Below, in pieces: positions 25,801 to 36,200 of a stretch of 53,428 bases of DNA; the stretch's first letter is position 1, and the number at the start of each line of letters is the position of its first letter. The stretch covers positions 1 through 53,428 of the forward strand of contig MEDY01000288.1 in the NCBI GenBank assembly GCA_001724265.1. Reading direction: 5' to 3'. The stretch comes from Rhizaria sp. SCN 62-66 (lineage: Eukaryota). A model generated the notes under the pieces. That model worked only from the letters and a program-made list of their open reading frames with translations. It ran no database searches and was not told where the DNA came from. Made by a program: the position numbers and the translations under genes.

Positions 25801-27667
25801 CCGCGGCCGCCGCTGCTGCTGCTGCTGCCGCTGCGGCCGCGCGCGCTGCGAGCGCCAGGTTGTGCGCCAGAGTCCAGCCCACGGTCGTGAGGCGGCCTAA
25901 CATATCCGCGCCGCGGCCTAACTTCTCCCCGCCGCGGCTTCCCTTGTCGCCGCTGATACTGCCTCTCCGAGCGTATCTCGGGCGGTGGCCGTGGGCGTGA
26001 CCGTGAGAGTGACCGTGGACAGCAGCAGCGGCAGCGGCGGTCCGGCGGTGACCGTGGGTCTGAGCGAGACTGTGACCGTGACCGAGACCGTGGCTGTGGG
26101 CAGAGGCGACGGCCGTTGCGTCGGCGATCGCAGATACAGCAGGAACAACAGCCGCAGTGGTCGTGGCGCTCAAGCCGCTCTTGCTGCCGGTTGACTTGGC
26201 GTTCGCGAGCGTGACTGCGTGGCTCGAACCGGCGTCGGCCCTCGCGCCGCCGGCAATCTGCGCGTTCTGAGTGCTCGGCAGCAGCGTCAGCGCGGGCAGG
26301 CCCAGGGACAGGGCCGAGCTCGACTGGCTCGACGCGAAGCTCGCGTCGGAGTCTGAGAACGAGCCGGACTCGGACTCAGCGCTCGCCCGCGCAATGTTGC
26401 TCAGGTCGGAGACAGCGGCGGCCGCGGCGGTGAGGATGTCGGCGTCGTCGCCATCGATGCCGCTCGCCTCCCGATGCAAGGCGGCGGCCTCGGTCAGGGG
26501 GACAACCGCGAACGCAGGCATCAGCTCAGTCTCCGTCTCTGTCTCTGCCTCATGCTCGGGCTCGAGCGCGGGCTCAGCAACTGTCTCTGTCGCAGTGAGC
26601 GTCGCAGCCTCGGACTCTGATTCGGGCTCTGGTTGGGTGTTCTCTGCCACACCGCCGCCGGAACTGACTGCGAGCGCAGTGCTCCTCAAACCACCATCAC
26701 CACCACCAGGAGGAGGCCTACTGACTGGGAACGCAGGCTTGCTGACCTTGAGCGCCGGCTTCGCGCCAGCGAGCGTGGCCTGACTGGGTTTGGGGACCGT
26801 GAGCGCAGCCTGACTGGCCTGACGGTGTTGGCTGGGTTTGGTGACCGTGAGCAGCGCGAACTCTCGCGAGCGCGCATTGTACCAGACCACCGCGCCGCAG
26901 TCGCTGGAGAGGAACAGCGGCGCCCAGCCCTGCGCACGCGCGCGCGCCAGCGCCGAGGGCGGCAGGAGCACCGCCGACACACTCGCGGCCTCGGCGGCAG
27001 CGGCGGCAGCGGAGGAGCGAGACGACGATGAGGTTGACGACGTTGCTGTTGTTGAGGCAGGAGCAGCGCGCTGAGAGACAGAAGCGGCAGGAGCGGTGAA
27101 AACACTCATGTTGTTGTTAGTGGAGTACGCAGCGGGAAAACTAGGGCTATGACGCGAGCTTGTGCTTTGATTACGGACGTTGTTGTTGTCGTTGCCCCTG
27201 CCCGAGCCCGAGTCCAGCAAGCCCCTGTCGTCGTTGATGTTCCTGATGGAGCCGTCGGGTGAGAGCGCAAGCGGCGACGTCACGAGCTCGATGTGCGCGG
27301 GCGACGCCAGCGGGACCGGCGGCCCCAGCGGCAGCCCGGGCGACGACAGCAGGGGCGGCGCGGGCGACAAGAGCGAGGAAGAGTCACGCGCCTGCATCTG
27401 CGGGAGCGACGACAGTGGCGACAGCGGCGACTGCACCGACAAACCGAGGTTATCAAGCGCGACAGGGTCCTGGGCCCGTCCAAAGGGCTCAATATTATCC
27501 AAATCCGCTGCCGCCGGCGGTGCGTCGGCAACAGTCGCAGCAGGGGCAGCGGCAGCAGCGGCGGGGGCGGTGGAGGCGAGAGGCGGGGAGGGGCTGTCAG
27601 CGCTCGCCTGCAGCTGCTTAGCGCGCTCATCTGGGAACAGATCGCGTTGCAAGCCGCGGGGCTCCAT
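19832..27667 (-). CDS. IKS1: IKS1-family Ser/Thr protein kinase, 2611 aa, intronless, with C-terminal hydrophobic anchor
   Basis: FNTGYYARFFQELRKLGRG..G.VWL..HVLDGIQLGLFAVKKVPIGD..EWL and YHHVWVE....SDFGPPVPCLFLLMEF are the IKS1 signature. Also HRDIKPEN, DFG, GTLQYAAPE, DVWSLG and DPRKRPT, an N-terminal W..L...GAVVWYN motif, and terminal WAVAALVALLWAV. Confidence 0.88.
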   Translation of the reverse strand: MEPRGLQRDLFPDERAKQLQASADSPSPPLASTAPAAAAAAPAATVADAPPAAADLDNIEPFGRAQDPVALDNLGLSVQSPLSPLSSLPQMQARDSSSLLSPAPPLLSSPGLPLGPPVPLASPAHIELVTSPLALSPDGSIRNINDDRGLLDSGSGRGNDNNNVRNQSTSSRHSPSFPAAYSTNNNMSVFTAPAASVSQRAAPASTTATSSTSSSSRSSAAAAAAEAASVSAVLLPPSALARARAQGWAPLFLSSDCGAVVWYNARSREFALLTVTKPSQHRQASQAALTVPKPSQATLAGAKPALKVSKPAFPVSRPPPGGGDGGLRSTALAVSSGGGVAENTQPEPESESEAATLTATETVAEPALEPEHEAETETETELMPAFAVVPLTEAAALHREASGIDGDDADILTAAAAAVSDLSNIARASAESESGSFSDSDASFASSQSSSALSLGLPALTLLPSTQNAQIAGGARADAGSSHAVTLANAKSTGSKSGLSATTTAAVVPAVSAIADATAVASAHSHGLGHGHSLAQTHGHRRTAAAAAAVHGHSHGHAHGHRPRYARRGSISGDKGSRGGEKLGRGADMLGRLTTVGWTLAHNLALAARAAAAAAAAAAAAAAAAATVGAGTTAVDISNDGIESDSETALTTAVVSRSSAVGGAAREASPLTGALVVASPAKKIASKHSKAGTVALSATAPTGAATVVAGAESESESEWEHEVEPDAGGHCDERDTSQTGQLVGRRRGDEVESDFQFDSDSVAAKDFAAQSRPAYGARAKKANAIIYSQNKSKINSNNTYALTPITSVANTNALTSNSNSNIIIDENDNDINIGSAGSDGNDRSLVNALVLPPPRTYFELLAHRHHQPLSSNALTNAGASAGSQSGRRGATSGGSSGGLSEYSRSKGAYTDAGAHGHAHGHSRAVHGHLAAHGHSRAAPARSPLLLPMLPPSAVPGPAFALETGDKVSPTSKTASGSEIGTPHNYPAVLSFVPQFASVYNNNNNNNNNSPDSLSSPRSINSPPTNLAQKSENIGSGSRTSSGSGSARYSQSGVDYDIDEEDNNAFIDLREGIFSVLAAYFTRISPIVLAKAAATSVPVSASAAAAAAAAAAAAAAAVTGSASTSEHGKASKAKASASVNANAIAAAAAAAAAAAAVAAAAAAVASVSAGTSSAAAAAAASAPIPASATAATTAAAHSHSPGVRPSPYPFPSPFKSGAYGAGAYDGGAGYTEGASTSAYARPHARSHSKRTETEHRDRDRGRGRDGHGDPDRDRSRSRHGHRASFAQQEHREQRVQQQSTLSDIDADSADADTNGSFSSSNLSTSLSKLPPASKGSTALANVSAPVSSVSTRDLCEYDPFSDSGTYTAASSSTYIADAEEQDATFMTQPSELDDAEQEQSTATATTASTAAVITSTPSETVTATATSTSSQSQPPPQYASLSAAAFNTGYYARFFQELRKLGRGSGGGVWLASHVLDGIQLGLFAVKKVPIGDAREWLARAVREVRAVDSVFSPYVLSYHHVWVENAQYSDFGPPVPCLFLLMEFADAGSLLDLVAPAAVQAVTVESQSESGTQGEFKGPLSQSKYVPVLDSRITRVTTPSAPASALARLRARTRARLTTTTSAASAAVGARSCSCARAHAAARSESCSTIANPDALLLWEPLVWAVAHDIARGLTSLHRRGLVHRDIKPENVLLASADANATAATFLRSNNKSTHANGVGADDGDGEGSDSSSRHCHGYARGHSRGRSTEPAEAETDTEAGVVPGTGAEAGTGLRGVIGLAEGARVGVYLPLFPTAALTAADVTSMSMFTQASTMTYAPSYPYHVLPQAPSSLAVAGYVKPPPAFTRAILADFGAARPSHTLLFSPNLANIASSSNTDSSPASSSSSSSSHGTESAAGGGSAGGWSKDGGSGAVGASGTLQYAAPELLARAILAAHSKDAGGHSDEAGEALALLRVLAAPAADPRAVDVWSLGATLYHTAYAQLPFVPSAADANISYNSKSGAQSCACTKCSASVGGSGVADSGDWVKIAQRCAYLLRNGALARESTNATQRSGSRSGVAGDCSHVIAQWLCIVDAFADGSGDCGCDSACKCGREQHQQQQQQSRDGTGSQHANSEIALFPDEAEFCSKGYLHQSQGPLHPSSCGPATVADASAALLAPNGGGVAVNTVPRSRALRRLLRWLLRGDPRKRPTMQQALADPQFQSAVAEAEAALNNSSASANAGDDAASDDANTGVNASVRASSTVGSGGMHAHGGSGVSSSNAAASAAASSHAVVLSSRGHQWEPEQDQHQWRPLLLSPPQLRLKSDSTHHANDASSGALVIPATALTLRTPPQTRSQSHSQSHPQSHGRNYDYNHHLDSLSPLDSLPPLDSNHLDSPGTYLDADAAADSDALVVPHTGAFTGDSNRPRPQSRLQSRPQSRSQSLTRTSTINGNGSAIGGGAHASARGATASVPLLLPPPPMPVVVASSALVLASTAGSSANRDREQRDRERDREHNRETDKDNVGSGSSSSSSKLVASSTSASAVGAHSRGHSRQRRDSGDRDSDNKFALTLDTNTKPVSSANADSMTMFSVPSHPLMQLFRTVMDKLGAGWAVAALVALLWAVDRATRT

Positions 27668-28139
27668 ATTGACGGTTCGCTTTGTGGCTGTAGTAGTGAT
27701 AAAAGCGCTGGAATGGGTGTTGTAAAGAACAGATGATCGGGGAAGGACGAAGTGAGCTGGGAGATTCGAGGGGTGTGTTGTCGGCAGTGGGTCAGCGAGC
27801 GCAGCGACTCACGGACAGAAGATGAAGAAAAATTATAAAAGGTAAATATCATCATCAAAGATTTCGTTCTAATAGTTGCAAGATCTAGTCTGAGAAGGAG
27901 GGTTGAGTGAGGTATGCGTGAAAACAGACATAGGCTTCTGGAAAGCAGCTCGGTCAGGTCCCGCCAGGCCTAGGAGTCGTTCACTTTAGATATCACCACC
28001 AGTCGTCCGTTAACAGCACAGCCGGCCAAGTACTATGAACCTTCGTTGCATTCTCACATTTTCCTCTTTTAACGCATTTCATAAACTTTGTTAGTCCAAG
28101 TTACAGTCTCTTTAGGACTTCATCCTCTTCCACACACCA

Positions 28140-30659
28140 ATGGTCCGTCTCCTCTCGTCCTTCCTCGCCCTGCCACTCTCCAACCCATCCCTGTAACTTT
28201 CTGAAGCTGACCTGCACGCATTGCCCATGCCTTTTATTTCCCCTTGCAGTCGTCGTTTGGCCGCCTACTGCGCATCTCGACCTTCGGCGAGTCCCACTGC
28301 CCCTCGGTCGGCGTTGTCATCGACGGCCTGCCTCCGCGCATCCCCCTCTGCGAAGCCGACATCCAGCGCCAGCTTGACCGCCGCAGGCCCGGACAGAGCG
28401 CGCTGACGACATCGCGTGCCGAGACGGACACGGTGCGCATCCACAGCGGCGTCGAACACGGCGTCACTCTGGGCACCCCCGTGTGTCTCGTCATCCCCAA
28501 CAAGGACACGCGCCCGCAGGACTACCACGCTGCGCAGAGCAACAACAACAACAACACGAACAGCGGCAGCGAGAACAAAGACACAAGCTCTAACGCCAAC
28601 TCTGGTGCTGGCTCTGGTGCCCAAGTTGACGGCTTAACTTCGCCGTCTCGCGACCTGACTTTCATCCCGCGCCCGTCGCACGCCGACTACACGTACTTGG
28701 CCAAGTACGGCGTGTCCGCGAGCTCCGGCGGCGGCCGCGCCAGCGCGCGTGAGACGGCGGCGCGCGTCGCAGCGGGCGCGGTTGCGGAGCGGCTGCTCGA
28801 ACGCTACTACAGCAACAGCAGCAACAGCAGCAACAGCAGCAGCAACAGCAGTGATGTGAGTGCCTCCGGTATTAGCATCGTTGCATACGTGAGTCAAATC
28901 GGTCCCGTTTCTCTTGCTGACGACGTTGCGCGCGCACGGGAGCGTCGCCACCGTCAGAGTCGACGCAACAACAACAATGGCAACGGCGACAACGGCGACA
29001 ATGTCGACGCCAGCGCTGACGGTGGTAACACTGAGCCGAAGACAAAGGCAGATGACACGGAGAACGCTGACGAGGACGGCTGGGCTGGCGTTGATGGCTG
29101 GCTTGATCACGAGCGCCTTGCATTTTCCCGCAAACACAGCAGCAACAGCGGCAGCCCCTTCGACGAGAGCGACTGCGACAGCCACAATGACCGTGACAGC
29201 GACGATAACGGTGCGAAAGATGCGAACGATGACTCGCGCTTTGCCCCGCCCCCGGTGTGCGCGCTGCCGCCGGGGCCGCAGCGGCGGCTGACGCGCGCGG
29301 ACGTGGACGCCACGCTCGTGCGCTGTCCGCGGCCCGCCACGGCGCGCAAAATGGAGAAGATCATTAAGGCCGCCGCCAAGGCAAAGGTACGGACGCAGTT
29401 GAAATATTGCGTATATGAAGTATCTAAGTCAAGAATTGAGCTGATATTTGGTTGATGTTTATGAATTAGTTTGCTTTTGTGGTACTTATTGTTTTGTCGA
29501 GCTGTGTTCACTCAAAACCTCAAACCCGCCTTTTGCAACATGCTTGCTTCCCCTTTATCACGTGTGCGCGTTGCTCAGGATTCCGTGGGCGGAGTTGTCT
29601 CGTGCGTCATCTACGGCCTCCCCGCGGGCCTCGGCGAGCCCTGCTTTGACAAGCTCGAGGCCATGCTGGCCCACGCGATGCTCTCGATTCCCGCCTCGAA
29701 AGGGTACGTACAACTGCGGCTGCCACGAAGGACGACACGGCTGTAGCTAATCAAACTGGTCATATGTGCACGCGAATTTAGCAGTTACGAGCATGTTTGT
29801 ATTTATTTCGCGTTTTTTGTTTTTGCATGTCTTTTTAGTCGGTGAATCATGTGACAAATTGATCGACGTCGCGTGTTCTGTGATGATGTAGCTTACACTG
29901 TGACAATGTTGTTTCTCTCAATTTTTTTGGATAGATTTGAGTTCGGTTCTGGTTTTGCATGTGCTGGCATGTACGGTTCCCACCACAACGACCCCTTCAC
30001 TGCGTCCTCACATCAACCTGACTCCACTGCGATTGCGGCTGTAACTGTGACGGATGGTTGCAGCAGTGACTCTGCGCATGTTGGCTCTGGTTTCCCGTCG
30101 CCGCTGGTGACCGTGAGCAACCACAGCGGCGGCGTGCAGGGCGGCATTAGCAACGGCGCGTCCGTTGTCTTCCGCGTTGCATTCAAGCCTGCCGCGACTA
30201 TCGGTCAGGATCAGGACACAGGTACGCAAAGAAAAACAAGACACACAATACTGAAACTAAAGAAGACAATCATCCGATTTAACACTCACATACGTTTATT
30301 GAAAATTTGGAGTTCTATTTTTGAATTAATGCCTTTATATAATATTCTTTTTCCCGCTTTTTCGCTTCACACAACCTCTTACATGTTCACTCCATGTCTT
30401 CCACGGCTGCTTGTGCTGCGTTTTCTTGATTTCGCTGCTGCCTGCCGCAGTCACCCTTGGCGGCGCGCCCGCGGTACTGCGCAACGGCGGCCGCCACGAC
30501 CCCTGCGTAGCCTCGCGCGCGGTGCCCGTCGTCGAGGCCATGGCGGCGCTGGTGCTCGCCGACGCGCTGCTGCTGCAACTGGGCCGCGAGGCCGCCGCGC
30601 GCGCCGACGCGTACATCGGCCGCGCCTGCGACTACAGCGCGCGCGACCAAGGACTGTGA
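28140..30659 (+). CDS. aroC: Chorismate synthase (ARO2/aroC), 5 exons, ~586 aa, no targeting extension
   Basis: Exons 28140-28142 (ATG only), 28250-29386, 29579-29703, 29935-30221 and 30451-30659. Motifs: [114 protein letters not shown]. Confidence 0.96.
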
Positions 30660-31747
30660 GCGCCGAGCGCGAGCGTCCATGTGATTGTGTAACTGTGGAT
30701 TGTGACTATAAGCAGCGAAGGTTGAGGCGTCACAGTGTTATCACACAGGCCATATCACTGATCAGTGACTCGCAGTTTAAACTGGCGCGATACCAAGCAA
30801 GATCTTACTTATTCTCTATTATATAGCAATATACGTGTAGCCACGTGCATAACACTTCTTATTCACGAGAGCCGCAAGCTTTTGAATCGAAGCTACTTAT
30901 AGCAATAAACCTTCACACTCCGAGTATAATAACAAGATGACAACAGTTACGAACAAAGAGTGAAGATAGCGTTCAAATGTTGTGTGATTGTTGTTTTCAA
31001 ACAGTGTATTAGTCTCAATATTCATACCCGGAAACTCGTTCTCGACTAGTGTCAACGTTTGCAGCGCCGGAACAGTTCAAACGTTAGTCGGGGAAGGTCC
31101 AACCGTCCCCGTCGCGACTGCAGCAGCACAGCACGGCAACGCTAGCCCTGCCGCCGCTGCGGTCGCGACAGCACAGAGAGAGAGAGAGATAGCGCGTAGC
31201 AGACAGAGAGAGATTAAGCAAAAGAATAAACATTGAGACAGCAAGGCCACTGCTCACACTTGCGGCCAAAAGCATTTAACATGTGACTTTGAGCGGTTTG
31301 GCTTCGGTGCGTGCAGCGACAACAGGACAAAGCAAAGCGAAAGCAGATAGAATACATGGACTGAAACTCACGATGTGTTTAGTTTGTTGTTCAAGCAGGA
31401 GTAACAGCGACACAGCTCTTGCTTTGCGCGGGGAGTAACAAATGTGGTGTGATGGTTGTTATGATTCATTTGTCAGGGTTATAATCATGTTTAGTTTTGT
31501 TGGTATTGAGTGTGTAACATGTGAAGAGAGCGCTGCTAATACACGCGTGCTTGTGTTTCAAGCAGCAGTCGTCACAGCACTCCTCTGCATCGTCAGCGCA
31601 CACTTAGTCCATGATTCAGTTGTTGTGACTAAGGGATAGTACTTAGTTCGGATGCTGTGAAGAAGCGTTGGCGTCGACGCCTGTGACAGCGCCAGCGCCA
31701 GCAGCGGCTGTAAGAGCAAGAGCGGTACGTGTGATGGTGACGCACGC

Positions 31748-32641
31748 TTACATGCTGCCGGGGATGACGCCGGCGCCGCCGGGGAGGAGGCCCTTCTTGC
31801 CCTTCTTCTTCTTGGCCGTGAGCGCCTTGTGGATGTAGGGGATAACACCACCACCGGCGATGGTGGCCTGGATGAGCGAGTCGAGCTCCTCATCACCACG
31901 GATGGCGAGCTGGAGGTGACGGGGCGTGATACGCTTCACCTTGAGGTCGCGCGAGGCGTTGCCGGCGAGCTCCATCACCTCAGCGCACAGGTACTCGAGG
32001 ATCGCGGCGGCGTACACGGCAGCAGTCGCACCGACACGGTTGTTGGCGTGAACGCGGGACTTGAGGAAACGGTGGATACGACCGACGGGGAACTGGAGAC
32101 CAGCGCGCACGGAGCGGGAGACGGGCTTGGTCTTGCCGCCCTTGGCCTTGCCCTTGCCACCCTTGGACTTACCGCCCTTAGCCTTACCCTTACCACCACC
32201 AGTAGAAGACTAGGGAAATGCAAGAAAGATAAAAGAAGCGGGCACGTCAGGACAAAAAAAAATGAAAGAGTTTCAGGGACAGGAAGTGAGGCAAAAAGGG
32301 GCGGGAAAGGAAAAAGGGGGAGGTGAGAGAGGGAGGGAGGCGGTTGAATGACAAAAATCAGCAAACACGTGAAAGATTCCATTAAAAGAGTAAATCGCCT
32401 CTGTAGCGGATAAGTAGCATCAGGATCTACTTAGGATTTTAATTGTGTTTCAAAAACAGGGCAGCAATGCAGCCGTTACTGAGTTGCAAGCATCCGGGGG
32501 GAGACGTGATGCCACACAGGTGTTTGGCGCCTTTTCTCCTCAAACGCTAACGGCGTGCATCCTGTGCACCAATTCAAAACTTAAATTACAGAAATACTCA
32601 CAACACCAAATTCGCAACAGCGGACCAGAAACACGTACCAT
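31748..32641 (-). CDS. H2AZ: Histone variant H2A.Z, 2 exons, 154 aa
   Basis: Exon 1 is ATG only (32641-32639), followed by a GTACGT...CCCTAG intron (32638-32210); exon 2 is 32209-31748. H2A.Z-specific residues: [82 protein letters not shown]. Confidence 0.96.
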
Positions 32642-33233
32642 TCTTCAGTGATTTCAAGAGAAATTGACAAAGTTCGAAGAAATCTCGAACGTGGTCTCGT
32701 CAGGGTCGCTCGGAGTCCCACGGTCGGCACGGGCGGCTTCACTTCAAACACAGTGCAAAACCTTCTTAGGAAGCCTCTCATAGCCGAATTCGGTCGCTAA
32801 ACAAAAGCGGATTTGAAAATGAACAAGGCGATCTTACTAATAAAAGAAAAATGTATCTGATAAAAGTAGTCATGCTTCACTTTAGAACATATCTGACCGC
32901 TTGTGGCCTCCACAATGCCCCCTTCGACTCCTTGCAAGAGCACTCCTTTGAGTACAAAAGCACTGCATATCCCTGTCTACGCGTGGTGAATCACAAAATG
33001 CTCTGCAATAATAAGCGCACCCTTCCAAATAGAAAACTACTTTGTACAAATTTTCACTGAAATTCCAGCAATGAATGCCGTCTATCCCAAACAAAGGAAA
33101 AGATACGAGAAGATACGAGAAGTGATTTCAAGAAGTGATTTCATTCAAGTAGGCTGCACTGCTTGTCATGTCACTGTCACACCACACACCACAGCACAGC
33201 ACTCATGCACGCATGTGTGCAGCACGCACGCAC

Positions 33234-36200
33234 TCACCGCGTGGTAGCGGCGCCGAACTGCGCGAACCAGAGCGCGGCACTAACCATGCTGTCTGCGTGG
33301 ATGAGCGGCTTGTCGTTGAGCCCGTGCTGCGCGCCCTGGTACACGACTAGCCGCGACGGCACGCCCTTGGCCTGCAGCAGCTTGAACAGGTCCACGCTCT
33401 GCTCGGGCGGCACGCGCCGGTCGCTCGTCCCCACGGCCAGCATTGTGGGCGTGACGTAGGCGGCGGCGTGGGCCAGCGGCGACACCTCCCAGAGCCGCTG
33501 GATATCCGGCGCCGTGAGCGTGTAGCGCGGGTCGAAGCGCACGCCGCCCTCAGTGAAGCACCAATCCATGATGTCCGAGGTGGTGACGGTGTAGGTCAGA
33601 TTGATCACGGCGTTGCGCGCCACCACGGCCGCAAACTTGCCCGGGAACTGGCCCGCCAAGTGGGTGACTAAGTACCCGCCGTGCGAGCCACCGAACAGGA
33701 ACACCGGCAGAGAGCGCGCCTTACTGCTGCTGCCGCTGCTGTCGTTGTTCTGCTGCTGCTGCAGGAGCGTAGCGTCGAGGTAGTCGCACGCGCTATCATA
33801 GGCGGCCACGCAGTCGTCGACGTCGACCTCCCCGCACGCACCAGGCAGCGCGGTGAGGCTGTCCTGGCCGAAGCCGACCGAGCCGCGGAAGTTAGGCCGC
33901 ACCACGGCCAGCCCCAGCGCGGCGAGGAACGTGGTCGCGAAGTCGTACCCCGTGGTGAAGGCGGAGTGGGGCCCACCGTGGGGGAATAGCACGATGCCGC
34001 GGCACGGCGGAGCGCTAGCGCTTACACTCTCAGTCTTCTCAGTCTTCGAGTTACTGCCTCCGTTGAGAGTGGCGGCGGCGGCGGCGAAGCGGCCCGGGTG
34101 GACCGAGAGCAGGGCCTCGAAGTGCGGCTGCGCGTCGTCGCCCGCCGCGGCCGCGGTCGCCGCCGTCACAGCGCCGACGACGCCCGGGTACGCGCGGTTG
34201 CACGCGTGCTTGTGCGGCACCTGCAGCGTGACACTGGCGGTCGCGGCCACCACGGCGGCCCACGCCTCGGTGTCGGGCACGGCCACGCGCGGCGGCGCGC
34301 CGGCGAGGTGTGCGGCCACGGCGGCCGCCACCGGCAGCGGGCGCGACAGAGACGGCGAGTAGAAGACACTACTACTGCTGCTGTTGCTATCAGATAGCGC
34401 GGCAACGGTGGGGGCGAGCGCGGCCGTCTCGCTGAGGCCGCCCTCTGCGACGGCCAAGGCGGCGGCCTCGAGGCTGCTCACGGTCACGCGCTCCCAGCGC
34501 GCGCCCGCGGCGACGAGCGCGCCCATGGTCACCTCGACGTGCGGCACGCTCGTCGCCGCGGCGTCGGCGCCGTTGGTCACCACGGAACCCACGGGACATG
34601 TGTAGTACCCTTCAGCGTCAGCGCCGGACACGGAGACAGACCCGGAGGCAGAGGCAGCGGCAGCGGCAGCGGCCTTGTCGGTGGCGCTGCGGAGCTGGGC
34701 AGCGGTGAGGGTGAGGCGGAACAGCACAGGGGTCCGGTGCGGCAGCGACAGGGACAGCAGCAGCGACGCGACGTTCGAGCTAGAACTCGAGCTAGAGCTC
34801 GCAGGGGCGTCGTTCGTGGTGGCGGGGATGACGTCGCACACGGTCACGGACGGGGCGCTCTCGGCGGCGACGAAACTCGCGCTGCCCCGGGTGTTGAGCT
34901 GGGAGCGCAGCGCCGCGTCAGTGACCGTGAACCCGGCCGGCAGCGACGCCGCGTCGAAGCTCAGCCGCGTCATCCTCGCCCTGGGAGTCTTGCTCTCGCT
35001 CTTGCTGCCGCCGCACTGCGTGTCGACGAAGATGAGCGTCTGCGCGCTGCGCCACATCGTATCCATAGCGACAACGCCGGGCGCGGCCCACAGCGTCGGC
35101 GACTCCGGGTCCCACGCGCCCGGGTACAGACCGGGGAACTCGCTGTCGCGCAGCGCCACCGGCGCAGGGACCGGGAACGGCGCGGCGGCCGCGGCGGCGG
35201 CGGCCGAGATCGCCGTCGGGATCGGAATCAGCGCGCGCGCAACGCTGGCGTTCACACAGCTGTCGTTGGCCGCTGAGTTGGGGAGGTTTGCGGCGGGCGC
35301 GAGGGCGGGGAACCAGGAGCCGGCCTGCGTGGGCCCGACGGGAGGTGCGGCCACCACCGCGCGCTCGCGCTCACTGGGGGAGGGCAGCAGAGAAGACAGA
35401 GAGCGCGGCCAGTCAATGGCGCAGAGAGCGCTGGTGGTGCAGTGGAACGGCGCGTCGTCGCCCGAGAGCGAGCTCGTCGTGTAAGCCAGGACCGAAAAAT
35501 CGTGCGCGAACGACAGCGCGTTGACTGTGGCGTTGTGGGGGGTCAGGCACACCGCAGTGATGCCCGCGCTGGCCGCAGTCGTCTCCGTCTTGGCAGTCGC
35601 ACTCGCGTCGGTGTTGCCGTCCTTTTTGCTGCTGCTCGCGGGCTTGAGCGCGAGCGCCGCGATGTGGCCGACAGGGGGCACGGGCACGAAGTACGCCTGG
35701 CTGGGACGCGAGTTGTAGTAGATGAGGCCGAAGCGGCGCGGCGTCACCGGGTAGCCGATGAAAGTCAAGCCGCGCGCCACAGCCTCAGTACCAGTCGCAG
35801 TCGCGGTCTGCTCACTGTCACTGCTCCCGGGAGCAGAGTTGGGGTAGGTCCAGACGGGGTTGGCGGCCGACAGTAACGAGGCGGGGGGCACGCCGGGAAC
35901 CTTAACCACGCAGCGGGCGGCGATGTCGACCATGTAGAGCGCGGGCGAGACGATCGTGGTGAGCTGCTCGCCCCAGTCTGCGCAGTAGTCGCTGCCGGTG
36001 CCCGCAAGCGCGTCCGCCTCGGCCTCGGCCATCGCAGTCGCTGCGGAGCCGGAGTCCTTGCCGTCGCCGCTACCGTTACCGTTGCCGTCGGCGGCGCTGG
36101 CGGCGAGGTGCGCGGGCGCGGGCTTGGCCTCGGGCCCGTGGCCGACGCCGTCGAAGAGCGAGCGGCGCGCGGGCGGGTGCGGCTCGGCGGCGTAGGCCAC

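Noticed and set aside
32345-32430. Possible C/D snoRNA in the H2A.Z intron (TGATGC...CTGA on the minus strand)
   Set aside because: The C box is imperfect and I could not identify an rRNA-complementary guide; needs snoscan or Infernal.
33100-33143. Short tandem duplications (AGATACGAGA x2, AGTGATTTCA x2); also TAAGTACTCC x2 near 50140
   Set aside because: Ordinary slippage duplications with no spacer-repeat array; not CRISPR-like.
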